From positions 9,488 to 73,487 of IMG/VR virus record IMGVR_UViG_3300022908_000001: 64,000 nt of DNA. One strand, written 5' to 3'. This DNA comes from a virus. Position numbers and translations under genes: made by a program. Under the pieces are notes generated by a model that did not search any database, was not told the origin of the DNA, and was given only the letters and a program-made list of their open reading frames with translations. Positions 50,949-61,341 of the stretch are shown here, in pieces (position 1 is the first letter of the stretch; every line of letters begins with the position of its first letter).

Positions 50949-50980
50949 CAAACCTACAAAGTATAATTGGGATGTGCAAA
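50949..50980 (-). promoter_or_regulatory. Bacteroidota housekeeping-sigma promoter, leftward
   Basis: On minus: TTTG-N20-TAGGTTTG, a perfect TAnnTTTG; divergent from the rightward early unit. Confidence 0.75.
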
Positions 50981-51054
50981 TTTATTTTTATTTTTATTTT
51001 CAGATTTATTTGCAAATATAAAAAATAGTTCCGATACTTGTAATGTAATAAAAT

Positions 51055-51216
51055 ATGAGGGTAGACAAAAAATGGAATAAAGTCGCCAGTTAATATAAGG
51101 TTAACGAAAACATGTAAGTAGTTAATTGATAAATAACCGGAGAGGCAATAATCGAATTAAAGCAAAGTACACGCATTGATTTGTAGCCAATGCAGGTTCG
51201 AATCCTGCCCCTTATG
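51055..51216 (+). ncRNA. tRNA-like RNA with expanded anticodon and variable arms, 162 nt
   Basis: Acceptor ATGAGGG/CCCTTAT, D-arm GAC-AAAAAATGGAATAAA-GTC, stem CCAGTTA/TAACCGG enclosing 41 nt, perfect T-arm GCAGG-TTCGAAT-CCTGC. Confidence 0.65.
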
Positions 51217-51240
51217 CGAACTGGCAATCTTGCCGGTTTA

Positions 51241-51292
51241 ATTGTGATAAGGTTTAGGAAAGGACGGCGATACGCAAGGTTGATCCGTCCTT
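51241..51292 (+). ncRNA. Second copy of the ATTGTGATAAGGTTT/GATACGC hairpin motif
   Basis: 15-nt identity to 22421; stem AAGGACGG/CCGTCCTT with GATACGC in the loop; no U-tract. Confidence 0.5.
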
Positions 51293-51316
51293 AATTAAGA
51301 AAACAAAAAGAACAAA

Positions 51317-51550
51317 ATGATAAAATTAAACGAAGCGGCAAAAGAAAAGATTAAGAGCGACAGGCAGTTGTTTATAGAGGTTCAAAAGACCTTGAATGTA
51401 ACTGAAAATAGCCTTTATAGATTCATTAAAAATGATAGCAATAGGCTGACGGAAATAGATTGCCTTAATACTATTGTTGAATTTACCGGCATGCCTTTAT
51501 CTGCATTTGTTGATGGTAAAATAAGCAAACTAATTTGCAAACAATCATGA
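51317..51550 (+). CDS. HTH-like regulator
   Basis: EVQKTLNVTENSLYRFIKN; first gene of the rightward early unit. Confidence 0.55.
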   Translation: MIKLNEAAKEKIKSDRQLFIEVQKTLNVTENSLYRFIKNDSNRLTEIDCLNTIVEFTGMPLSAFVDGKISKLICKQS

Positions 51551-54333
51551 AAAAATTCTACCACTCCCTCTTCGCCAACAATAACCCAATCATCATATTG
51601 GCGATTGTAGCGATCGTACCGCTCTGTGCTGTCATTAAGACACAGAACCGGATACATGAGCAGGATTTGTTAAGGATCGATTCGTTGGGTTCGATACACA
51701 TCTCACCGCCCCATATCGATACGTTGAGTTGGTTGAGCGGGGGAGGGGAGATAAAGAGATGAAAATAAAAATAAAAATAAATTACAGAAGGGATACGTAT
51801 CATTTCTACACGTGGATATATAAAGGACAGCGCAATTTGGATGTATCGTTCCTTTTTAAAACTTATAAAGGTGTCTTGTCTGATGACTTTAAACGGATCG
51901 TATTAACAGAACCTATCATAATCGATGGGATTATGAATGATAAACCAAGGGTATTAAAACACTTGACAATTAATAAATGGGATGTTAAAGAGGTTGAACG
52001 GGAGTATTTAGGCATTTAAACCCCCTACCATCCTGACACCCTAAAACGGTTCAGGAGTTGGCGGTAAAAAATAGTAAAGAGTTATGAGAAGTTTAGAGTA
52101 TTTAATCCAATTATTCCCAGATAAAACGGGTACGGAGCTAATGAAAATTCAGGCAGATGATAAAAAATTGGATGCCGAAGAGTTTGAAAACAGAAATAGG
52201 GCGAAGCTTGACCTGATCAATGACATTAATACCAATGGTGGTTTTTACAGAGGTCGCTTTGGCATGGATCAGCGGTTTTATTACTCTTTTAAAAACTTAC
52301 AACTAATGAGTACTGCCATTTATTGTGACGTTACCACATTAGTTACTTTTTATCAGGACAACGGCACTATTCATATAGAATACCGTGAAGAAACATTTAA
52401 GGCATTTGAAAATTACGGTGTGGAAATATACGAGAAGATAACCAAGTCTGATTTTGATAAAGCCTACGAACTTTTGCAAGGGTTCAAAAATCAACTATGG
52501 AAAGATTAATTAAGGTTTTTTGGCGGTAAAGGAGAAAAAAGAAGATTATGGCAACAAGAGTAGATTTTTATGTAATGAGCCCGGATGGTGAATTGCAATT
52601 TATAGGGAATACCGTTAATGAGTATTACGGTGATTTTGAAAAAGCGACCAACGTTAAGGATTACCTTAAAAGTGTTCGTGAACTTTTAGCTATAAATAGT
52701 TCGATTGAGGGCAAGTGGTATTGGCCGTGGAAAACATCTAATATATCTGATGAGGTTTTTGTATTCAAACAAACTCCTACCTTTTTCAATAAGAACAAGG
52801 GCAAACTATTGTCTAAGGTTTATGTAAATGGTGAAGATAGGGACGAGAATTACCTATGGTTTGCCGATTACGATAAAAGGTATGATGAGAAATATATGGA
52901 CAATGACGAACGGGGATGGTATAAAAAAGAGTTCGCAACCAAGATAAAACTTTTGAGATTTGATTAACCACCCCCACAAATCAACCAGGTGGTGGAAAAG
53001 TAAAATAAAGAGAAGAGAATATGGAAAACAACAAAGATATTGTTTACGGCCCCGGCGATAATGATTACGGCAGGCGAAGCAAACCGGCACTCCGGCCATT
53101 TAATGAAATGAACTTTACGGAGTTTCAGGTACAATTAAGATGCTGTCTGATTATTAAAGACGGATTTGATAACGAGTGGATGCATGATTTTTATTCTGAC
53201 TTCATCGAAGATTATAGAGTTGGCAGATATGATACTGTTAAAGAATGGGCTGAATTTTTCTTTCAGGAAGTTACCCTTGACACGCATTCATATTGCCTAG
53301 TCACAAATATTTAACCAACCCCCGCCCATTTGATAGGTGGTAAAAAATAAGAGTATGGAAAATAATCAAAATTCAATAATTAGTGGGAATCTAAAGGGCG
53401 TTGTATGGTATTGGAGTCCGTGTTATTCAAATTATTTTAAGGATACAATTGATAGTTACGATGAAGAGTTAGATATGTATTACTTGAAAAATGCAGGTGA
53501 TTTCTTCCAGTATAATCAACTGTTTAAAACAAAACGTGAAGCAGCACTTGATGCGTTCCCGCCCCTAACCCCCTCCCCCGGTAAACCACGATAATAAAAA
53601 GAGATAGTATGCCAACTAAAAAACAATTGAATCTTATGATGGAATCAGACTTAGAGTTCGGTTACCCAAATGACAGAGGGTCAGAACATACCCCAATAGG
53701 AGAACGCGCCCAAACCGGTGTCCCCGAATGGCTTCGTCGCCAACGAGAAAGCCCGCAAGGTGAGGTTATAGGTAAAATAGTCCTCGATGAAGAAACCGGG
53801 GAAATGAGAATTAAACCTATAGACGACACTCGCCCCCATCCAAAGGGGAACACCTAAAAATTGAAATAGAATGAAAAATAGCGAATTAAACAAGCAGTTA
53901 GGTATTGGCCCCGGTGGAATTAACTGTGGTTGCTGTATTGATTATCCTAAAAAGCGTCAGAACCATAAAAAATTATATCGCAGGCTTAAGCGCAAGATTT
54001 TAAAAGTTTTGGCCCAAAAGGAAATTAAACACCCCCTATAACTCCAGGTAGTTAACAGGTAGAAAATTAAAAGGAGGAAAGATGAAAAATAGTATACCTA
54101 ATCTTAAAGAAAAGATCGAGGAGAATTTGAAAGAGCTTCGATATGGTGACAATATTACCGAACTAGTGTGTGTGCTTCAAAACCCCTTAGGCGGTAAAAT
54201 TCAGGTTCAATTAACCCTGATAAAGGTTAACGAAGATGATGAGTTTCAGGAAGCAATAGATGAGCACCCAAATACGCCTATTTTAAAAATTAACGGCGGC
54301 AAGGTTTTAACCTCTAACCAACCACCTAATTAG
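51547..54333 (+). CDS. Early region 2a: array of small accessory genes separated by junction motifs
   Basis: ORFs 51547-51762, 51759-52019, 52084-52509, 52548-52967, 53021-53314, 53355-53594, 53609-53857, 53871-54041, 54082-54333. Confidence 0.6.
52025..52069 (+). promoter_or_regulatory. Bulged hairpin, structural twin of 37774-37817
   Basis: CTACC-A-TCCTGA-C-ACC-CTAAAAC-GGT-TCAGGA-GTT-GGCGG-TAAAA. Confidence 0.55.
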
Positions 54334-55413
54334 ATGCGCACGTACAAAAGAAAATTGATCCTAACGGAAGCCCAAGAAAAAAGACTCAGGGCATGGATTG
54401 ATACGTGCAGGTGCGTTTATAATTTAGCTTTAGAAGTCAGGATAGAGTCGTATAAGAAATGCCAAAGGTCGGTACATAGGTACGATCTTATAAACCAGTT
54501 GCCGGAATTGAGAAAGGAGTACCCGTGGATAAATGATGTTAATTCTGATTGCCTTAGCAGGGTTATAAACAGGCTTTACATTTCATACAATAGATATTTC
54601 AAGAATGGGGCAAGCTTCCCAAAGTTTGCATCAAAAAGGAAATTTAAATCAATTCTATTCAGGCATGCATTATCCATAAAAAATAATATCATTAAATTAC
54701 CCACAATTGGTAATTTAAAAATGGTTAAGGATGCTCCGATTTTAGGAACACCCAAAACGATAATAGTAAAAATTGAACCAACTGGGCTGTTTGCATGTAT
54801 CCAATGCGATAGTGCCCTCTCCAAATTCACCAGTGAGAACCAATCTGTTGGACTGGACATGGGGATAAGCAAATTCTGTACAGATAGCAATGGTAAGTTT
54901 ATTGAAAACCCTAAACATTTTAAAAAGTATGAACGCAGACTGAGAATTGAAAACAGATCACTCGCCCGTAAAAAGAAAGGCAGCAACTCATGGAAAAAGC
55001 AATGCAAGAAATTGGCGTTGCTTCATTATAAGATTGGGAATGTTCGCAGGGATTTCCTGCATAAAGAAAGCACTTGTATAGCCAAATCCAATAGGGTGGT
55101 TTACCTTGAGAGTTTGAACGTTAAAGGCATGTCTAAAAATAAAAACCTATCAAAGCATATATTAGATTGCGGGTGGGGAGCATTCAGAGCAATATTAAGC
55201 TATAAGACGAATGTGGTAGCAGTCAGTCCAGCCTATACATCTCAAGGCTGCTTTGAATGCGGTGTGGTAGATAAGAAAAGCAGAATCAGCCAAAGTGAAT
55301 TCGTTTGCACGTCTTGCGGGCATGTGTCCCATGCTGACGTAAACGCAGCGAAAAATATTAAACGACAAGGCATGTTGCTAGATCGTCAACGTGAAGCGTT
55401 AGCTTGTGCGTAG
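54334..55413 (+). CDS. tnpB: TnpB RNA-guided endonuclease (IS200/IS605 family), solo
   Basis: N-terminal YKRKL...CRCVYNLAL, RuvC VGLDMG / VYLESL / HADVNAAKNI, Zn ribbon TSQGCFECG...CTSCG. Confidence 0.95.
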   Translation: MRTYKRKLILTEAQEKRLRAWIDTCRCVYNLALEVRIESYKKCQRSVHRYDLINQLPELRKEYPWINDVNSDCLSRVINRLYISYNRYFKNGASFPKFASKRKFKSILFRHALSIKNNIIKLPTIGNLKMVKDAPILGTPKTIIVKIEPTGLFACIQCDSALSKFTSENQSVGLDMGISKFCTDSNGKFIENPKHFKKYERRLRIENRSLARKKKGSNSWKKQCKKLALLHYKIGNVRRDFLHKESTCIAKSNRVVYLESLNVKGMSKNKNLSKHILDCGWGAFRAILSYKTNVVAVSPAYTSQGCFECGVVDKKSRISQSEFVCTSCGHVSHADVNAAKNIKRQGMLLDRQREALACA

Positions 55414-55465
55414 GTCTTTAAATCCAAAAAATACAGGATATGCCGGAATTAGAAAATAACATGGA
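55360..55465 (+). ncRNA. Putative TnpB omega/reRNA 3' scaffold and guide
   Basis: Overlaps the tnpB 3' end. GGCAT (55369) is complementary to ATGCC (55440); short ATCC/GGAT hairpin; guide would start near 55445. Boundaries are inferred. Confidence 0.45.
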
Positions 55466-58400
55466 AAATAAATATAAATCACTGATTTTAAAATACGAGA
55501 GAAAGGTAGAGGAGTTAACCCGTTGGGCTAAAAATAACCCAGAAACAACCAAGCACCTCTTTATCGTTCAAATCGATTTATGTAATGAATTCTTAAAAGA
55601 CCTCAAAGGAGAAACCATGATTAAAATAAGGTCAAAAAGAAGGCCAAATACAAACAAAAAGCGTCCAGCAAGGCGTTTTAAATAACCCCTTGAACTTTCA
55701 AACAAATAAAGCAGATGAAAAGCCCACAGGAAGAATTTGAAGAGATATTGAAAAAGTTTATAATAAACGATTATACCCGGGATAACTTCAATATTGAAAA
55801 ATCTATTTACGCATTTGTGCCAAAAGAAGTTATCTCAGCCATGCAATCCGCTTACAACCTTGCGTTGACCCATGCGAGTGAGGCGGCTACAAGTTGGGGA
55901 TTTACAAACGGTGATTACTCAACAGAACATGGGGTTGACAAGCAGTCCATACTAAACTTAATGATAAAGGAATGAAACAAAAAATAGCAATAGTCGGACA
56001 CGGCACGCCCAGTGAATTATCAGACCGGTTGTTAAAGCTGATTGATGAACAACGATTTGAAGTGGTTCAAATATCGCCAGAGGAAGCCCAAAAGCTTAAT
56101 TTCCGCGAACCCATGACAATACCTATAATGCCATTGAACACCTGCGATATGCCATTTCATCCACCAATGACAAGGCGGGAACGCAGGGCTTTAAAACGTA
56201 AAAAGCAATAATCATGAAAATTCAAACAAAACTAATAGACGGTAAGATGATGGGGCGGCCAGAATGCCCATATGAAGAATGGCATGACCTCGAACAAAGG
56301 AATGTGCTATACGATGAATGGTGCCGTGATAATCCGTATCTCCCAGCCCCAGCCTTTGATAAAGAAGGTGTGTTTGAGGCGGACAGATGGATAAGGCAAC
56401 GGAAATTACCTGGTGATTGGGAAATGTGCGTAGCTGATGGATATGATCCTATTTGTAAAACTGGCTACGAGTGGCAAGACATCTACATCCCAAAAGAAGT
56501 AAAAAAGGAGAATATGGAAAATAAAACCGGAATTGAACTAATCGCACAAGAACGTGCTGAACAAATTGAAAAACATGGCTGGAATAGCGAACATGATTCA
56601 CAGCACAGACATGGTGAATTAGCCATACAGGCTGCCGTTTTAGCTGCTTTGCATACAGATGCATATGTGGTTGACCCTGATAACCAATTTGGAAGTGGCG
56701 ATGATCCATGGCGCTTAGAAGAGAAATTACAGCACGATCAAATCCATTGCCTTAAAGTTGCAGGCGCTCTAATAGCCGCTGAAATTGATAGACTACAAGC
56801 CATCAACAAAGCCCTGCTATAAAAGAAAGGAACTGAACAAAAATGAAAAAAGCAAAAGAGTTTATAAATGATACTTGCGTATATGTCATAATATTTTGGC
56901 TTGCCGCATCAAACTATTTTAAAATTTAACCAACCATGACAACCAGCGAAAAACCTAAATGGGTGGAAGAAAGTGAAGATGAATTGATAGATAGAGTTAT
57001 TAATGAATGCTTATCTATTTACGGATATAAAACCGTAGATGATATTATCAACAATTCAAATCGAATAAGATATACCAAACCAAATAAGAATGAAAACTCC
57101 AGAACAGATACTACAAGAAAAGGGCTTTGATTACTCACATTGGCTAACTAATTACAATGTTGATATTATATCCGCCATGACCGATTACGCCTCCCAATTC
57201 AATCAACCCCTTTTAAACAAAAAGGACTTAGCCGTTATATTGAATTTACTACACTTTGCCAGTGACGGATGGTATGTAAAGGAAACCTACGATTCAGACT
57301 TATTTAAGTCGCATACAGAGCAAGAAAAATACGTTATCAACCTAATCAAAAAAATAAATGGAAGTATCTGAACCAGTTGAAAAACTATGGCGTAAATACT
57401 GTGAAGAGTGTGACGGTAGTTACATGATGTCTAAATCAAGTTTCGTCTATGCTATGCATGAGTTCAATCAACCCCCTGTTTCCGGTGAATCAATCGAAGT
57501 GACCAAAAACGAGGTAATTGAATCAAACGTAAAACAGGCGTTATTTTCAGCGTGGTTATTCTGTAAGCAGAATCCCAAGAAGGATTTTTCAGACTGGAAT
57601 CGGTATGATGAGGTATCAACTGATTTAATCGGCCTTATTAAAGAGGTGTTGTCTATTCAGCCTGTTTCCGGTGGGGAGGTGGAAGAACAGTTTATGAAGC
57701 GCCTAAACGATCTTGTTAACTATGATCTATCATGGGCTAAAACGGAAATAAAAGCCCTGCCATCTGTAAATGATGGAACTGAACATGCGTATTTTGATGG
57801 CTTTATACTTGGTGCAAACAAATCAAGAGCGCGAACTAAGCAAGTTTTTAAGGAGATGGGGCAATCCAAACAGGGAAGCGTTGATAACTGGATAAGTGTT
57901 GAAGTAGAGAAGCCGGAGACCGACACAATCGTTTTGTGTATTACAGAATATGGAAAATACTGTACCGGGTATTTTATGATGGGAGATGAATGGGATTTAT
58001 CAGGATTTGACAGCGCAAAGCCTCTTAATTTCGTTACCCACTGGCAGCCTTTACCAACCCCACCATCAAAATAACTACTATGAAAATAATCAAAGAAATA
58101 TTAAAGTTCGCAGGCGCATTCACATTATGCTTTATAGTAATTATAGGTGCCAGTTTCATAGTAATGGCATTAACCCAAAACGTCCCGATTAAGTTGGCAG
58201 CAACTGGTGATTACATAAAACACCAACAAGATGCGTTAGACATAAAAATTGAGGCTATGAAAGATAGCTGCCTGACTAATGTGAATAATACCAAAGTGTA
58301 CAATAACTATGTTGACAGCGTTAAAAAGTACACATATATTTACAATTACTTTAACCACCCATTGAAATGAAACAAATCCTAATAACAATCACACTGGCCT

Positions 58401-59683
58401 TAGTAGCTTCGGTCGGTATGGGGCAGACTAAAAACCCAAGAAAGCATGTTTACTATGACACAATCAAATCAGTGAAGGAGCGCATTGATTACGCACCGGA
58501 TACAATTTCTGTTTATTTTAAGCAGATGATTATTTCAAAGATTGATTCAATCCCATCAAGAATGGCAAATGCTGTTATAACATCCTCCAGTGACTACACC
58601 GTTTATGAAAGTTGGCATAAGGGTTTCGTAATTTGGCAAACCTATAAAAAGTCGTATTCATCGGCTATGACGCTGTCTTCTTCTGGATCATTGTATATGA
58701 GTAGCGAAACACAGTTTTATACAGACCCATATCCATTCAGTAAAACTTATCCCGGTATTTTTTTATATGAAGATAAAAGTGTATGTAATAATATTGTAGT
58801 TTGTGTAATTAAACGATAATCCCATGCATACCCTCCACTCCGCCATCTCCACCATCCGCACCGAATTGCGTGATAGTGAGCAGTACAAATCAACCGTACA
58901 GGCAGTAATAGCCCAATGTGTAATCCGTGCCATGCAGCAACAAGGCGTTCAGATGAGATTTGAAGAAATGATGGAAATAGGTAAGGCTGCGGGCGGGATG
59001 GTGATAGAGGAGGTGTTGAAAAATAAGTAATATGGAATCAAATCAATTAAGAAAAAACAACTGGATAAGCTATCACGGACTGAAATTTCAAGTCGGTATA
59101 ATAGAGGATACTTATTGCGAACCAATCGGCAGAAACGAAGGCGCTTTTGATTATAATGATTGCGATGGTATAAAATTAACCGGAGCCATACTTGAGAAAT
59201 CAGGTGCAAGGTATTTAGGGTATGCTTATTTTATAGGCAAACTCAAATTCGATGTGAATACAATCGGGTTAGTTCGGTTTCACTATTCAGGCAAGGTTTC
59301 GTATCTTAGGCACGTACATGACTTACAGAACCTGTATTTTGCATTGATGGGTTATGAACTTGAGATAGTATTATGAAGCGCCTAATCCGTTATTTCGGCC
59401 TCCCCACCCTAATCAAACTAATGCTTTGCGCTATATTCAGGAGATGACGAAACACCATAAATCCGAAGTGCCGCCATTCTTTCGTGAAACATTAGCCCAG
59501 TTCGATGCGATCCTTAAAAACGTTCAGTCCCGAACCGAGATAAATATAGGCAGTGCTGAATTTGAGTTTAAGGTGAAGTTGTTATTGTGGCAGGCGAGTC
59601 GTGCGGACGACCCCGATGCTGAGTATATTGTTGAATGCCTGCATAGGATTTGCAGGGAACATTTTGGGATGATTGTATTATGA
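55461..59683 (+). CDS. Early region 2b: small accessory genes
   Basis: Includes a DUF551-like C-terminus protein (57358-58074), a membrane-anchored protein (58080-58370), a signal-peptide protein (58367-58819) and a YopX-like protein (59032-59376). Confidence 0.55.
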
Positions 59684-59794
59684 GAACATTAACCACAATT
59701 ATTTTTACACTGTCTGTAATTGTAGAGGTAATAACACTTGCGATGCTGTTTTGGAGATGGCGGCAGGCGTATAGGTTGAAGAAAAAGGAACGGC

Positions 59795-60085
59795 TTAAGC
59801 GGACTGCTCCGACGCAGGATTGACCAACGCCACAGGGTCACTACCCGTCTGCGTCACTGTCGGTTCGGCTTTCTTGCTTGCTATAGGCGCACCAAAATAC
59901 ACGGCAAGTACAGTTGAGGCTGTCCCCGTAACAAATCCGATTATGAGCGTCAGAACGGCTAATATGCGACCGTATTCCCACAGCGTATAGCCAACCATTA
60001 GTATGATTGCGCCTGACCATATGTAAGCGAGCGTTGCCCGTGTCTTTTGGTCAAATTCGGATTGTGCTTGTATGTCTGCCATCAC
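59795..60085 (-). CDS. Putative holin
   Basis: Two TM helices, LIIGFVTGTASTVLAVYFGA, polar C-tail, downstream of the tail gene. Confidence 0.6.
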   Translation of the reverse strand: MMADIQAQSEFDQKTRATLAYIWSGAIILMVGYTLWEYGRILAVLTLIIGFVTGTASTVLAVYFGAPIASKKAEPTVTQTGSDPVALVNPASEQSA

Positions 60086-60343
60086 GAAGTAGTGTAAGAT
60101 AATGTAACCGTCTGTTTTGTTCCGTCCTTATATACGTAGTTTTGAGTTACGTAAGTAACCATTCCGGTAATTTTGGTTTCGGTTGTTTCTATCCCTACTA
60201 TCGGGTTAGGGCTTAGCTGACTCGTGTGAATCACAGTTCCGTCATTTAATGTTACAAATCCCATATTATAATCTATTACACGTCACCACAGCCAGCGCCC
60301 ACAAAACAATTATCAATATTGCAGCGATCCAGAGTGTTTTCAT
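60082..60343 (-). CDS. Two tiny genes: 60 aa (60082-60264) and a 25-aa hydrophobic peptide (60266-60343)
   Basis: MKTLWIAAILIIVLWALAVVTCNRL* ends 1 nt before the next ATG. Confidence 0.45.
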
Positions 60344-60437
60344 TTGAGTAAACATAAACAATTTTTTGCAAAAACGAAAATTATTGGTTAGGTTTGGGCG
60401 TCCGGTAATTCAGCCGGAGGTAAAATCTCACAGAAAA

Positions 60438-61285
60438 ATGAAACTAAAACCAAATCAGTCTCTATTAGACCTTACCAACAATTTTTTAGAGAGCTTTTTC
60501 AACTTATCATCCGAATTAGAAAAAAGGCAACGCCCCGGAAATGATAGCTACTCTTTCAATTACACGTTAATGAGTTGTTTGGGTCAAAGCCATTATGTTA
60601 ATAACGTACAGCAAAAATACCCCGGATATCCTATGCCATCAGCCGGAACAAATCTGATTGAAGAATTGTACAGTTCAAATCTAACATCAGTTCCTGAAAA
60701 CTTGCTTTATGTTATTGAGCGATTTGAGGATCAATTACATGATGATAATGAGTTTACTGATTTAAAAACAACCAAAAGCGGTTTTCAATTCGCGGTAAAA
60801 TCTCAAAATGTTAAATTCCAATGCCTTGTTCAACTATCGGAAGATAATACTTTCAAAAGTTTATCATTAAAGAACAAGAGTGAGGTTTTTCATAAATTAG
60901 AGGCAGGCTATATAATTGGAGAAGATGCACATCTACCCAATGGCATGCAAAAGACATTATATTTCCCAGATAAACTTTGGCTGAGTAGAATTAAAGACAT
61001 AAACGAATTCTATTCTGTTTTAGATTGTGTATATAATGAAATAAAAGAAGAGGCAGAAGCCGAGGAACTAAATCAATAAATATGAAAACGGTAATATTAG
61101 ATTTTGAAACAGACGAGCAAGCGGAAAAGTTTTTTAGTGCATTCGCTGGGATTGGCGGAATAGATGAAGATATACAGAAGCATGATGCCGTTGAAAATGC
61201 AATAGACAATCTATTTGCTTTCTGTGACGTGGGTCATGTATCCACAAAGGAAGAAAACGCTGCCTACACAATATTGGCTTCGTAG
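60438..61285 (+). CDS. Two AT-rich hypothetical genes (60438-61079, 61082-61285) inverted within the late region
   Basis: Plus-strand ORFs ending at the hairpin AGCCCTTGC-CTAACA-GCGGGGCT-TTTTT (61317-61343). Confidence 0.5.
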
Positions 61286-61341
61286 GTTAAGTGAGATTTC
61301 CCTACGGAAGTCGATAGCCCTTGCCTAACAGCGGGGCTTTT

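Noticed and set aside
51055-51216. tmRNA or group I intron-containing tRNA
   Set aside because: Only 162 nt, has a D-stem, lacks a G-U alanine acceptor identity and tag ORF, and the insert is far too short for a self-splicing intron.
52017-54084. CRISPR array or true integron
   Set aside because: The repeats are degenerate and separate whole genes rather than 30-40-nt spacers; no cas gene or tyrosine integrase, and no clean RYYYAAC/GTTRRRY pair.
54500-54510. TGCCGGAATT shared between tnpB interior and its right-end/guide boundary (self-targeting)
   Set aside because: Only about 10 nt, partly scaffold rather than guide; expected by chance at this length.
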